From the IMG/VR virus record IMGVR_UViG_3300011102_000062: a DNA stretch of 64,000 bases. The stretch is one strand, 5' to 3'. This stretch comes from a virus. The notes below the pieces were generated by a model, which had not been told where the DNA came from, did no database searches, and was given only the letters and a program-made list of their open reading frames with translations. A program made the translations under genes and the position numbers. Shown piece by piece: positions 38,479-48,723 of this stretch (the first letter of the stretch is position 1; the number at the start of each line of letters is the position of its first letter).

Positions 38479-39234
38479 TTATTCCGTGTTAAGTTTAACG
38501 GGCTGTACAACTCCGTTACCTTTCGCTGTCTTGTTTCTCTTCATACGGCGAAGAAAGTCCACAACGGCTACCTCCAAATCCTTGGAAGTAACCTCCCCGT
38601 ATCCACGGCCTGCGAACTCCTTCACCACGTCCTGAGCAATCATCTTTAGCTCGTTCTGACTAATAAGAGCGTCTTCACCTTCAGCATACCTAGCCACAAC
38701 ATTTGGGCTTTCTGCCACCAAAGCGTCTCTAAGCTTGACAAGACTCTGACTAGATGAGTTTGGTCTATTAGACCTATTGGACGCAGCTGTTCTGGCCTTA
38801 ATGTTTTCAAGTTCAGCAGCCTGTTTAGTTGGCAAGAACTGATTCTCAAGGGCTGTTTGTTGAATCTGAAGACCTCTATACTGACCCATAGCAAGGTCTG
38901 CTTGTATGCTAGCTTCGGCCTTGCGCTTCTCAAGGTTGATACGATCAATATCCATCTTGTTAGCCAGCCGTTCTTCCAGCAGGTCTCCGGCCTTGGAGCG
39001 AATCTGTTCAAACAGTACGCCGTCTTTCTCCGCAAAGGTAGTAGCGGCAGGATCAGGCGTTGTTCTTAGACGAATCTCTGCTCTATTTTCGTCCTCTATC
39101 TTTCTGGCTTGCGCTCTCTCTTCCCTTTTCTTGACAAGCTCTTCTTCAAACTTGGTCTTGTTCATATCCATCAAGGATTTGCTTACCCCTTGTAAACCTT
39201 CACCTAGACCAATCAGTAATCCATAACTAGCCAT
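38479..39234 (-). CDS. probable internal virion protein
   Basis: helical, Gly-rich N-terminus. Confidence 0.55.
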   Translation of the reverse strand: MASYGLLIGLGEGLQGVSKSLMDMNKTKFEEELVKKREERAQARKIEDENRAEIRLRTTPDPAATTFAEKDGVLFEQIRSKAGDLLEERLANKMDIDRINLEKRKAEASIQADLAMGQYRGLQIQQTALENQFLPTKQAAELENIKARTAASNRSNRPNSSSQSLVKLRDALVAESPNVVARYAEGEDALISQNELKMIAQDVVKEFAGRGYGEVTSKDLEVAVVDFLRRMKRNKTAKGNGVVQPVKLNTE

Positions 39235-39707
39235 TAAACTGCTCCTTGCTGTGGTATTACTGGAGCAGCTACAGGAACCTCAGGGCTAGCAGGAACCCCG
39301 CCAGCTGCGGCAGCACTGGCTCCCGGCGGGGGAGCTTTTTGCTCAGCCATAGCTTGCGCTGTAGTGCCAATATAGATTTCTGCCCTGTCCATAATCTCCC
39401 TGCTTATTCCATACTGCTCTTGCAGGTAGTCACTAATCTGCTCTACCCATCCACCCGGAGCCAAGAAGATTTGCTTGTCAAGCTGAAGATGTTCTGGCAA
39501 CATCTCTTCCATCTGAGACGCAAGCTGCATCAAGAACTGACCAATGACCTGTGCGGGGTCTCTGCTCTGCTCTACGGCTTGGGTGATTACATCAATGCCG
39601 CCATCGTCGATGAGATTCTGCGCCAGCAGGACGGCGATGTTCAAGTCCCTCTGAAGGTTTTCTTCGTTAGGGGCTTCTTCTCTAGTCATTTCGTCTTGTA
39701 GTGCCAT
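39234..39707 (-). CDS. hypothetical structural-module protein
   Basis: 157 aa, coupled. Confidence 0.6.
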   Translation of the reverse strand: MALQDEMTREEAPNEENLQRDLNIAVLLAQNLIDDGGIDVITQAVEQSRDPAQVIGQFLMQLASQMEEMLPEHLQLDKQIFLAPGGWVEQISDYLQEQYGISREIMDRAEIYIGTTAQAMAEQKAPPPGASAAAAGGVPASPEVPVAAPVIPQQGAV

Positions 39708-39716
39708 GTCAGTTCC

Positions 39717-40130
39717 TTATCCGAATAGTTTCTTGATGGGCTTGAAGTGAAGGTCTACTCTCTTGTCTATTATACTTTTGCCTCCACCACCAGACCCTTC
39801 GGCTTTAGGCTCAGGGGCAAAATTAGGAATAGCTGGCTTAGACGGCACAACTACACCGGGGCTAGTCTGAGTATATTCAGGAGCAAACTGTCGAAGAGTG
39901 CTGAACTGTCTGAATTGCTCCAATCCTCTCTGCTTGTTGGCCCTGTTAAGCTGATCGTAATAGTAATTCTGCTCATTTTCAAAAGCAGACAACAGAGCCT
40001 CGTATCTGGCGCTTTCTTGGGTCAGCTCTCTTTGAGCTTTCCTGTCGGCCTTGTCTTTCTTTTCCTGCCCCATTCCGGAAAGAGCACTTCCCGCTACGCC
40101 AACTACGGCGGCAATCCAAACCTCGCTCAT
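39717..40130 (-). CDS. probable ejection/internal virion protein
   Basis: hydrophobic Gly/Ala N-terminus. Confidence 0.55.
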   Translation of the reverse strand: MSEVWIAAVVGVAGSALSGMGQEKKDKADRKAQRELTQESARYEALLSAFENEQNYYYDQLNRANKQRGLEQFRQFSTLRQFAPEYTQTSPGVVVPSKPAIPNFAPEPKAEGSGGGGKSIIDKRVDLHFKPIKKLFG

Positions 40131-40133
40131 TGC

Positions 40134-40766
40134 TTACCTCAATTCACCTTTGCCATTTAACTTGTAGAAATGGCTTGCCCAAATCAACCTTCCATTATCC
40201 GGGCTATTACCTATCCCGTCAAGAGGAAATCTGGAATGAAATAATGGGGCCTCGAAGATAACACCCCTATTAAACTTGCCTTCTACAAACCCTATCCGTT
40301 CCCATTTATCAGGGTCTCGGCTCACCATATCTTCCTTTAGCTGAGCCCATAGATCAGGATAATCCACCATCATTGTAATAGGATCGGGCATCTCGATACG
40401 GCCAGTGGGCTTATGTTTGTAGAAAGCTGTGCCGTATTCTTCGTCATGTTCAGATAAGTATACGATAGCTGTGTGTGCTCCGAAATCCCTATCACTGTGG
40501 ATATACGCTCTTTCGTGACCTACGTTGGTGTTGCGAAAGAACACAGAATTGGGCACAATCACGTTTCCTGTGTGGTACATAAGGGACCTGAGCATTATAG
40601 CATGATCCCCTACGAATCCCATCCCAGCGTAGATTCCACTTCCTACCTCGGATGACTCAGGTTTCCATGTCCCAAAACCTGCGGCTAAGGCGGAATCCCT
40701 AACGTCTTCCGCGTAATCCGTATAGTGATCTACGATTTGTATCCTACTTTCTAGTTCATGAATCAA
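40134..40766 (-). CDS. 2OG-Fe(II) oxygenase-like protein (DUF6445-like)
   Basis: IHSD, IVYL, GTAFY, FNR, FHSR. Confidence 0.7.
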   Translation of the reverse strand: MIHELESRIQIVDHYTDYAEDVRDSALAAGFGTWKPESSEVGSGIYAGMGFVGDHAIMLRSLMYHTGNVIVPNSVFFRNTNVGHERAYIHSDRDFGAHTAIVYLSEHDEEYGTAFYKHKPTGRIEMPDPITMMVDYPDLWAQLKEDMVSRDPDKWERIGFVEGKFNRGVIFEAPLFHSRFPLDGIGNSPDNGRLIWASHFYKLNGKGELR

Positions 40767-41283
40767 AGTAGCTCTCCAGAATGTTCTGCATGTTTTGATT
40801 GAAGAAGTTGCTGTAACCAGACACTACGTCAGGAGTGTACAGCTCCGGGTCTTCAAGGGCGTATTGCTGCACAGCCTGAAGCATCCCGAACGAACTCTGT
40901 ACCGGAAGCATCGCTAGGGAGCCTTGGAAGGTACGATTGAAGTTCTGCTGGTTCAGCCATTCCTCATTTATGATACTCTGCTGAGTCTGCTGCCTTTGGG
41001 TATCAATAGCTACGGCTTGCTGTGCCAAAGGAGCAGCCGCTTCTAATGCTGATCTTTCAGCAGCGCCAGCTGCAATAGAACTATTCACACCGCCTCTGGT
41101 GGCAGCTAGCTCCAGTCCTCTCTGTCTAGCATTTTGGATATATTCCGAGTTGGGACTCAATAGCTCTTGCAGGCTACTTTGTACCATCTGCGTGCCGCTA
41201 GGTAGATTAGCCTGATTAGGGGGCGGAGTAGCTGTAGAGGAGATGTTTTCTTGTAATGTCCTGTAGTAATCTGATAACGCCAT
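40756..41283 (-). CDS. probable internal virion protein
   Basis: RGGVNSSIAAGA motif. Confidence 0.55.
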   Translation of the reverse strand: MALSDYYRTLQENISSTATPPPNQANLPSGTQMVQSSLQELLSPNSEYIQNARQRGLELAATRGGVNSSIAAGAAERSALEAAAPLAQQAVAIDTQRQQTQQSIINEEWLNQQNFNRTFQGSLAMLPVQSSFGMLQAVQQYALEDPELYTPDVVSGYSNFFNQNMQNILESYFDS

Positions 41284-41290
41284 GATTGCC

Positions 41291-42028
41291 TCAGTTTGCT
41301 GTAAAGCCAGTTCCTTCTGGCGACGATTGCACTACAAGGACTTGTAGTACATGGCCCGGAACGGGCTTTAATATATCTGTGTTTCGTCCTTCAAATTTCA
41401 TTTGTATAGAAATGCCTCTGTTCTCTAGGTCTGTGAACTCTGTAACAGGCTTGAAGTCTGAAGACACAAATTTATACGGAGAGCGAAGGTCTATGTATTG
41501 AGCTGATGTGTAGTCTTCCAAGAAGGAAGTCTGCATACCATTAGTGCTGACCTGAAGATCAACATTACCTTTTGCCAACCCGTACACCCTAAGTTTCTGG
41601 ATAGTGTGGTAAGTGATAGGGGTGTCACCGAAGTACCAGTTAAGCTCTAGGAAATGAGGAATGTAATAGCCGTCAAAGGACCATCCTTTTTCTAGTTCAT
41701 ATACCATGAAGGACTTTTCCCCGGTCGGAGGCACCTCGGGGTCAGGTGGGGCATCTTGGCTACTAATTTCTAGATTGAATGGCCCACCATCTTGGTATGC
41801 TGTAACCTTTAAGTAGTAATCGCCGGCCATCTCATTGGTTATTAATATACTAGAACTACTCCCTTCAGTACCGGGAAGAACTATGATGTTTTCTGAGTTA
41901 CATAGCGACCAGTCGCATGAAGCTCCGGTGGCGCTTTCTCTTATAGTGTACTCGCCGGGGGATAAAGTGAATGTCGAGGAAGTTGCGTCTGGCGGAACTG
42001 ACCCCGAAAAATTGAATATAATAGCCAC
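41291..42028 (-). CDS. tail protein (nozzle C-terminal part with N-terminal beta domain)
   Basis: YELEKGWSFDG motif after Pro-rich linker. Confidence 0.5.
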   Translation of the reverse strand: MAIIFNFSGSVPPDATSSTFTLSPGEYTIRESATGASCDWSLCNSENIIVLPGTEGSSSSILITNEMAGDYYLKVTAYQDGGPFNLEISSQDAPPDPEVPPTGEKSFMVYELEKGWSFDGYYIPHFLELNWYFGDTPITYHTIQKLRVYGLAKGNVDLQVSTNGMQTSFLEDYTSAQYIDLRSPYKFVSSDFKPVTEFTDLENRGISIQMKFEGRNTDILKPVPGHVLQVLVVQSSPEGTGFTAN

Positions 42029-42056
42029 TATCCGAGTTCCTGTATTTTAAATCCCA

Positions 42057-42491
42057 TTAGCCCCAGCCATAAAAATAATTATGCGTACATATCTGATTTT
42101 GTGAGTCTATATATGCAGTCCCATCGACTGTTGTTTCTAGGTAAGACACGGGTACAAGATGCTCTTCTCCCTCACCAGTAACAAAATCGAAGTCACTAAA
42201 GTTTCTTATTGCGGGGTAGACATAATCATTAAATGCAAAATAAACGCTCTGTCCGTTTTCTACATTACGTAGCCAAGTCGGCCAGTATTCCTCAGCAGTG
42301 ATGATTTCTATGCGATTCAGAGCAATCATACCTGCTTGGGAAGAACCGTATGTATAAACCCCGGTGTCTAAGCAAGTTCCACCTCCTTCGTACACAGGTC
42401 TATTAACCTGCACAATAGGAGCAACGTGAATCCTTTCTTCTCCTGTATCATCAAGCTGAGAAGAAACGGCGGCTGGTATTAGTGCTGTCAT
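42057..42491 (-). CDS. hypothetical tail-module protein
   Basis: 144 aa, coupled. Confidence 0.55.
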   Translation of the reverse strand: MTALIPAAVSSQLDDTGEERIHVAPIVQVNRPVYEGGGTCLDTGVYTYGSSQAGMIALNRIEIITAEEYWPTWLRNVENGQSVYFAFNDYVYPAIRNFSDFDFVTGEGEEHLVPVSYLETTVDGTAYIDSQNQICTHNYFYGWG

Positions 42492-45181
42492 AAAGACATA
42501 TCCACAGTTAGGTGAACAGTAATAGGAGTTTCTCCGCTCTGATATGGAACCATGAGGTAGTTGTTATACACCCCATTAGGAGGTATTCCTTGTCCATCAC
42601 CAACTCCATTATAATCGAGACTGCCGGGGAAGGCCCTCCATACATGAAATAGTATGTTGCTATTATTGTCCATGATTACTAAATCCTGTGACCAAGTGGC
42701 AGGTATTAGATCATCATTGGCAGTAACGTTGATATCCTCTCCTTCATTAAAAGTCAACAATATTTCAGGCGCAGGACCTACAGGTTCTTCCATGTGTAAA
42801 TCATACCTCTGGAATGAGAATGTAGGAGCACTCTGACTGCCAGCATTCAGCGTCATGCTTAACACATACCCGTCAGCAAAGCACAATCTGTATTGGTTCT
42901 TACTCCTCACAGGCCACGCTACAACCACTTCTTTATTTGAAGTGTACTTACGAAGCAAACGCGGGCGTAACCACGGAGACACATCCTGACTCATAGGAGT
43001 ACCTAGGTAGTCACCGTACTCAGTAGCCTGAGCCAAGGTGTAGATACCATAAGCATTAGCATACACTGGGAACCCCATGTCTGTAATAGTGTACTCAATG
43101 GCACCTAGCTTAGGCACGATGACCTGTGTAGCGAAGTTATCTACTGTCGTACCTGAGATGCCCCAGATAGACTTCTTACAGAAAACACCAAGGATAGTAC
43201 CGGACAGAGACAGCAAACCTGTCACGCCGTCACCTATGGCCCAAGAGCTGGCTCCCTGAGAACCGTCAAAGTTGTACGGCTCGCCCACCACTGAAATGTC
43301 AACACGCCCATCCCCGAACCCCAGAGCCAAATGCTCATGGTGGTGAGCTACGTGGCGAGGGCTGTCCTTTACAGGATCGGGCTGAGTGTAGATTCTGTGG
43401 AAGAACTTTCCGTTATAGGCGAAGGCTCTTGACAGACCTGTGGCACCGTACATACCTTCTAGGTTAGGATCACCATAGAAGTTATTAGTGATGATCTGGT
43501 AACGAGAACGATTATCCATAACAGCCTGCTGAACGTGTAACCCGTTGTACGACATGCCAATGCCGTCGTTCTGTTCTCGCGGCGCTACCTCACCAATCTG
43601 GTTGTCATCATTGACAGGGTAGGCGGAATGAATCGTCCAGTCATCTCCAATATAGGTTTGTGTACCGTCTACGACCTCTAAAGTCGGCAAAAGTTCCATA
43701 ACTCCAGAAGCATCGGCTGTAGAGAAGTTACCGTCCATTACATACGAGTGAACCAACTCCCCTTTAATAACCTGAGTTTTATCAGGGCTGGCAAAGAAAT
43801 ACTCTACAGAACCTGCGTCGAAATACACGCGCAGCTTGAAGCTGTCAAGTAGCATTCTTAGAACACCATCTCCACTATCAGCAAAGGCAGGCTTAGGAGA
43901 CAGAATAGGGTAGAACCTGATACCAATACCGTTGTTGATGAAGTCAGGAGCAGAGATTGGGGATACTCCAAACAAGGCAGTTTCACTGCCTATGGTTACC
44001 GCCGTGGAAGCTCCTGTCAAGTGTACGTATCTTTTACCATCAGAAATACCTTCCTCTGCTACAGTGAACTGTGTCCGGTCAATTACAATGTCGCTGGTGA
44101 TAGGAGAGCCCACCATAGTGTAGGCAGAAGGACCCTTCTGGAACATGGCCACTTCAAACCGACCCTGCTGCACCATGTCGAAGAATGCGCTGTAACGAGC
44201 AACTGAAGGATCAGCAACACCAATATCCTTGGCTCGGATAATGGCCTCCATATCGGCATCAATAAGAATCTCTACACCAGTTACCACGGCAGTGGCCGGG
44301 ATGGCGGCACCTAGCCCCTGAAAGTTTTCAGCTACTAGGAAAGTGTAGGAATTGGAAGCTTTGAATTCTCTAGTCTCTGGGGGAACAGGAGCAGCACCTA
44401 CTGTAATACTGGCAGCATTGGTGACAATCTGCGAGTTATCTGAGAAGGTGATACGGGCTGTGATATCGTAGGTGCCAATATCAAGACCATCGTAGTTAGT
44501 AGCATAAGGCGCCACATTAGATGTAGCGATAACAGCACCATCTGCAAGATACTCGACTAGCTTAACCGAGTATCCGGCAGAGGTTTGAGTTGTCACACGT
44601 AGGGGAATTTCATCTCCAACAACGTAGTTAGCTCCAGTCGCAGGAGAAGTTAGAGAGCCAGAGTTATCCCACTGGTAGTTCCATACAGCGTTATCGATCA
44701 GAACGCCGCTATCGCCATGCGCGTTAGCTGTTGTCCAAGCCCCGAATCGTACATACTGCGCATTGGGCGGTGCGGAGGCTGTAACTGTTGATACGCGCCA
44801 TGCTTCGTTGTTACCACGGACTAGATTACCAGCGTGATACCCGATTAAACTGTTGTTCTCATCGTACCACATGAGGCGAACTTCGCCTCGGTTCTGAGAA
44901 GCATCAGTATCGTTAAGGGCAATATTAAGTGAAGCAGTTACGGACTGGCCCGGTCCCACCGTACCAACAGCATCATTTACCCAGATAAGCTCAATACCGC
45001 CTTCGTGTCCTGAGCCAGAACCACCTTCCCACAGAGCAGCGTATTGGCCCATGAACGGACGGGCAGTATCAATAGAAGGAGAAGCCGTACCGCCGATGGG
45101 TGTGTACGTCCACCCAGAAAAGTTCCCGGTCTCAAATCCGGGGTTTACTAGTTGGAAATTAGTCGGAGCAGGTACGGCCAT
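42488..45181 (-). CDS. tail nozzle/tubular protein part with CBM-like and Ig-like domains
   Basis: LVNPGFETG CBM4/9-like start; TSPATGA Ig-like segment; beta-propeller-like C-terminal half. Confidence 0.65.
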   Translation of the reverse strand: MAVPAPTNFQLVNPGFETGNFSGWTYTPIGGTASPSIDTARPFMGQYAALWEGGSGSGHEGGIELIWVNDAVGTVGPGQSVTASLNIALNDTDASQNRGEVRLMWYDENNSLIGYHAGNLVRGNNEAWRVSTVTASAPPNAQYVRFGAWTTANAHGDSGVLIDNAVWNYQWDNSGSLTSPATGANYVVGDEIPLRVTTQTSAGYSVKLVEYLADGAVIATSNVAPYATNYDGLDIGTYDITARITFSDNSQIVTNAASITVGAAPVPPETREFKASNSYTFLVAENFQGLGAAIPATAVVTGVEILIDADMEAIIRAKDIGVADPSVARYSAFFDMVQQGRFEVAMFQKGPSAYTMVGSPITSDIVIDRTQFTVAEEGISDGKRYVHLTGASTAVTIGSETALFGVSPISAPDFINNGIGIRFYPILSPKPAFADSGDGVLRMLLDSFKLRVYFDAGSVEYFFASPDKTQVIKGELVHSYVMDGNFSTADASGVMELLPTLEVVDGTQTYIGDDWTIHSAYPVNDDNQIGEVAPREQNDGIGMSYNGLHVQQAVMDNRSRYQIITNNFYGDPNLEGMYGATGLSRAFAYNGKFFHRIYTQPDPVKDSPRHVAHHHEHLALGFGDGRVDISVVGEPYNFDGSQGASSWAIGDGVTGLLSLSGTILGVFCKKSIWGISGTTVDNFATQVIVPKLGAIEYTITDMGFPVYANAYGIYTLAQATEYGDYLGTPMSQDVSPWLRPRLLRKYTSNKEVVVAWPVRSKNQYRLCFADGYVLSMTLNAGSQSAPTFSFQRYDLHMEEPVGPAPEILLTFNEGEDINVTANDDLIPATWSQDLVIMDNNSNILFHVWRAFPGSLDYNGVGDGQGIPPNGVYNNYLMVPYQSGETPITVHLTVDMSL

Positions 45182-46434
45182 TAAATGACAACCTCAATAG
45201 TGTTTGTCGCAGGATACTCTACTAGAACAGAATTAGAAGAAGCGCCCGGAGCTGAGACTACGCCTGTAGTTCCATTCCATGTAATATAAGCATCAGCGTA
45301 GATATATGCGTTGTCTGGTGTATCTAGATTGTTTACTGTTAGATTGTAATTGTCAGGAGACTGAGAAGACTTCCATCCGTTTACTTGTGACCTAACATTG
45401 GTGATAGAAACACTCTGGGACAGTGCGCGAGGACTGCCGCTGGCTCCGCTAATAGGAGTAGGGCCTTGAGTTCCTATTCCTTCTATGTTCTGGTTAATTG
45501 ACGGCAGGCTGCCATACAAGGAGATGCCGTTCTCGAATAGAACCTTCCATCCTAGGGCTATGAACTTCCATCCGAAGTCGTAAGGACCGGGGTAGTCTTC
45601 TCTAAGAACCTGCTCTTCTGTTCTGGCTTCCCAAATAGAAGCTATCTCGTTCTCTACAGGAAACTCTTCGTAGCCATTTGCCACTGTTCCTACTGTTATA
45701 GAATCTCTCGTAACAACGGTCCCTTCTGTAGTCCAAGGAGATACCGTAGGAGCATCCAAGAATACAGCTCTGGTGTTGTCAAGAGTGAAGGCGTCTAAAA
45801 CAGTGGCTGTTCGACCACCAGCTGATAACTCGTCGCCGGGATAAATCTGCGGTGTTGTGCCTTCAAGGCTCATATAAGTTACACCAGCAATGGCATGTAG
45901 TCTATCCCTGAACCAATGTAACCCCGCAATAGGTCCCGGCAACGACTCTACTCTGTTTCTAAGAACGTTATTGAACGCCAGAAGATTTTCGTAGTGCTCC
46001 TCTGGTGTATCTCCAGCTTCTACTCCTTTTACTACAGCCGTTACCTGCTGTTCCTCTACAAGAGAGCCTTCTCGGTTAGCAAATATAGATTCTCCTACTT
46101 CAGGAATAACCTTCTCATTAATGGTAGCTACATAAAGTAGAGCTTCTGCATCATTTTTGGACACAAGAATGCCTAGCAACCCTTCGTTGGTAGCTATCAA
46201 ATCTCCTACAAGATAAGCTGATGTGTTGCCAACTGTAATTACTAAGTAATCATCTAAGGCGGCCAGCAGACTACCGTCATAACGAGTGAACCCGTCAATC
46301 CTCTTTTGACCTTGGAAGTCTACCTGTTCGTAGTTAAGCGTATCTAATACACTTCCTTTAGGCGCTACTATCTTGGCTGTTTGCAGATTAAGACCCTTGT
46401 CGAGTCCAATCATGTCGGGCTTTAGGTTGCTCAT
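45181..46434 (-). CDS. tail nozzle/stabilisation protein N-terminal part
   Basis: GLNL...NYE...KRIDG motif; position after adaptor. Confidence 0.55.
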   Translation of the reverse strand: MSNLKPDMIGLDKGLNLQTAKIVAPKGSVLDTLNYEQVDFQGQKRIDGFTRYDGSLLAALDDYLVITVGNTSAYLVGDLIATNEGLLGILVSKNDAEALLYVATINEKVIPEVGESIFANREGSLVEEQQVTAVVKGVEAGDTPEEHYENLLAFNNVLRNRVESLPGPIAGLHWFRDRLHAIAGVTYMSLEGTTPQIYPGDELSAGGRTATVLDAFTLDNTRAVFLDAPTVSPWTTEGTVVTRDSITVGTVANGYEEFPVENEIASIWEARTEEQVLREDYPGPYDFGWKFIALGWKVLFENGISLYGSLPSINQNIEGIGTQGPTPISGASGSPRALSQSVSITNVRSQVNGWKSSQSPDNYNLTVNNLDTPDNAYIYADAYITWNGTTGVVSAPGASSNSVLVEYPATNTIEVVI

Positions 46435-47378
46435 CAGCAGTAGTTATATTTGCTAACATCCCATTCTACAATGGGCATCAAGTTTCTTTCCGCTCGTTGC
46501 CTGTATGTTATTACATGCTCATTGGCATAAGCAAACAGGTCTGGGTCTTTGTCGAATCTAGCTAGGTTGGCTAATGCCTGCCATGCGATCCACTCATGAT
46601 ATTCCGCTGGCAGACCTGTAGGAATGTCCTCGGGGTCTACAAGAGTCTGAGGCATTACGTCGTAAATGAACGACAGCTGGAAGGGCTGCATGGTTTGCCC
46701 ATAGAACACTAAATCACCTAGATAGTCCTGAGAGAAATAATAAGGGGTAGTGTTAGAGTGGGCATATGTCAATCCATCAACAATGAAATTGTTCCAAGGA
46801 ACGAAGATCATGTTGTTGTACATCTCTCCCGGTCTCTTAGCCCTGAATGTATTCCAGCGAGGTTCTCTCACTGGGCCGGGACCGAACAATAGCTTGTAAC
46901 TTCCGGGGTCTGTATACTCAAAAGTGCCGCCTCCCAGCTGCTCTTCGAATAGCTCCCCTATGACAGGAGGATTCAACGAGTCGCTGGAAAACTGCACTTG
47001 CCCATAGGCTGTCCCATCCCCCCAGTCTCCCCCTACAAGATCAATACTTTGGACAGTGATTTCCACATTGGACTTTAAACCCTTCCATATTGATCCTACA
47101 GGGGGAGTTCCTACAAAGCTTCCATTAGAAAAACGGAAACGAGGGAAGATAGTTGTAACAAATTCACCAGAATTGAATTCCCACTCATTGCGCTTCATCT
47201 GAATCATTTTCCATGCTTCAGCGACAAGGCGCTTTACACGAGGGTACAATCTTCTGCCAGCTTCGACCGAAGACCAGTTGGCTAGGGTCAGAGGATTCTG
47301 TTCTTTACCAGACTCGTCTAGTACCTTGTTGCACAATTGCAGATAATTCACTGTTAAAGGTTCCTTACTTGTTGTCAC
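46434..47378 (-). CDS. head-tail adaptor / tail tubular protein A
   Basis: NYLQLCNKV, LPAEYHEWI motifs; position. Confidence 0.6.
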   Translation of the reverse strand: MTTSKEPLTVNYLQLCNKVLDESGKEQNPLTLANWSSVEAGRRLYPRVKRLVAEAWKMIQMKRNEWEFNSGEFVTTIFPRFRFSNGSFVGTPPVGSIWKGLKSNVEITVQSIDLVGGDWGDGTAYGQVQFSSDSLNPPVIGELFEEQLGGGTFEYTDPGSYKLLFGPGPVREPRWNTFRAKRPGEMYNNMIFVPWNNFIVDGLTYAHSNTTPYYFSQDYLGDLVFYGQTMQPFQLSFIYDVMPQTLVDPEDIPTGLPAEYHEWIAWQALANLARFDKDPDLFAYANEHVITYRQRAERNLMPIVEWDVSKYNYC

Positions 47379-47997
47379 CTTCCATCATCATTTCAGATGG
47401 ATGCAAAGTTTCGCCTGCATTTAGATTGATTAGGCCAGACTCGATAGCTCTGTTGAGTTCGTGCCTGCGGGGCCATCTTCCGAAGATTTCTCTATACGCT
47501 CTTCGTGGGCCCATCAATCTTTCAGCGGCAATTTCTCTCTTGCTCTTAAGGTCAGGACCGGGCGTGGAATCCAGCACCTGTAGGGGATATTGAGGAACAT
47601 TGATGTAGGTAGTCTTTGGCCTACCATCTTCTCCTTCCTCTTGCTTAACTCGTCTTACAACGGCATTACGCAAATTATCCACAATTCTTTTTGGAACATC
47701 TACTTCCACTCCGCGAGGAACTGTATACTCCAATCCGTTATCGAACACGTAAACAGGGATGTTCTTGTTGGAGTTTGGGTTCTCGTCGATTCTGATACGA
47801 CAATAGCCGGGAGCTGGCTTAGTTCCTTTTAGAGAAACCTCAGCAACGGTTCTCTGACTCTTCCTGTTGTTAAGAAGTTCTACTAGGTCTTTTTTATCAC
47901 TACCCTGTGGGACAGGAATATTCATATGCTTGGCCGCTTCACGTAGCTGGCCAACGGTCATGTCTTCGAACTTCTTGACTGTAATTTGGTCACTCAT
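47365..47997 (-). CDS. hypothetical virion-associated protein
   Basis: VPRGVEVDVP..V..L.NA motif; AAGGAGG RBS. Confidence 0.6.
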   Translation of the reverse strand: MSDQITVKKFEDMTVGQLREAAKHMNIPVPQGSDKKDLVELLNNRKSQRTVAEVSLKGTKPAPGYCRIRIDENPNSNKNIPVYVFDNGLEYTVPRGVEVDVPKRIVDNLRNAVVRRVKQEEGEDGRPKTTYINVPQYPLQVLDSTPGPDLKSKREIAAERLMGPRRAYREIFGRWPRRHELNRAIESGLINLNAGETLHPSEMMMEGDNK

Positions 47998-48079
47998 TTA
48001 GGTACCTCCTTTATGGGTACGGGGTAGTCTGAGTAAGACTACAAGATTGAGCGTAGTCCAATCGTTAGGACTACAAGAG

Positions 48080-48101
48080 GACGGGGCCCGAAGGCCCCGC
48101 C
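48080..48101 (-). terminator. terminator-like hairpin
   Basis: GGCGGGGCC-TTCG-GGCCCCGTC. Confidence 0.6.
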
Positions 48102-48112
48102 TTCATTACTAC

Positions 48113-48667
48113 TTACGCAAGCAGATAATCGTTATCTGTATAACCCTGAATGTAATCAGCGTTTACTTCCTCTTCGCTGATTTCGCCGGGGATCATTGCG
48201 CCTAAGAACAGCTCTGTATCGGCAGCAATCGTACCACCTGTGGTAATGCGAATACCTACATACACAGGACCTTCTTCAGCGACAGGTGCAGCCACGATCT
48301 GCTCGGTGTAGCCGTCCAGCTGATCCGCAGCCTTGTAGGCAGCGGGCTCCGTAGCAGGGGATGTGAACGTATGCTCAGCATCACCGAACGGACCACGACG
48401 ACGGACAACAACTGGCTCACCAGCCGAGTCCAGCATCTGGAATCGTCCGATAGACCCAGCAACCGCGCCAGTGTCACCATCAACTAGAAGAGTGACCTTC
48501 TTCACATACTGGTTTTCACCAACAGGAAGGAATAGAAGGTCATCGCCAGCTGCCAGCACTGTGCCCGCTGCTAGGAAAATACGACCAGAACGTGTCTCGT
48601 CCTTGCCTTCGTACAGACTACGGTTGCGAGTAGCCTTCTTTACCATGTTGCTTTTATATACAGCCAT
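48113..48667 (-). CDS. probable capsid decoration protein
   Basis: immediately after capsid gene, beta-rich. Confidence 0.5.
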   Translation of the reverse strand: MAVYKSNMVKKATRNRSLYEGKDETRSGRIFLAAGTVLAAGDDLLFLPVGENQYVKKVTLLVDGDTGAVAGSIGRFQMLDSAGEPVVVRRRGPFGDAEHTFTSPATEPAAYKAADQLDGYTEQIVAAPVAEEGPVYVGIRITTGGTIAADTELFLGAMIPGEISEEEVNADYIQGYTDNDYLLA

Positions 48668-48723
48668 TTTTTCTTTCCTTTAAGAAGGGGAGGGGCACGA
48701 AGCTTTCCTCCCCATTACTTAGC

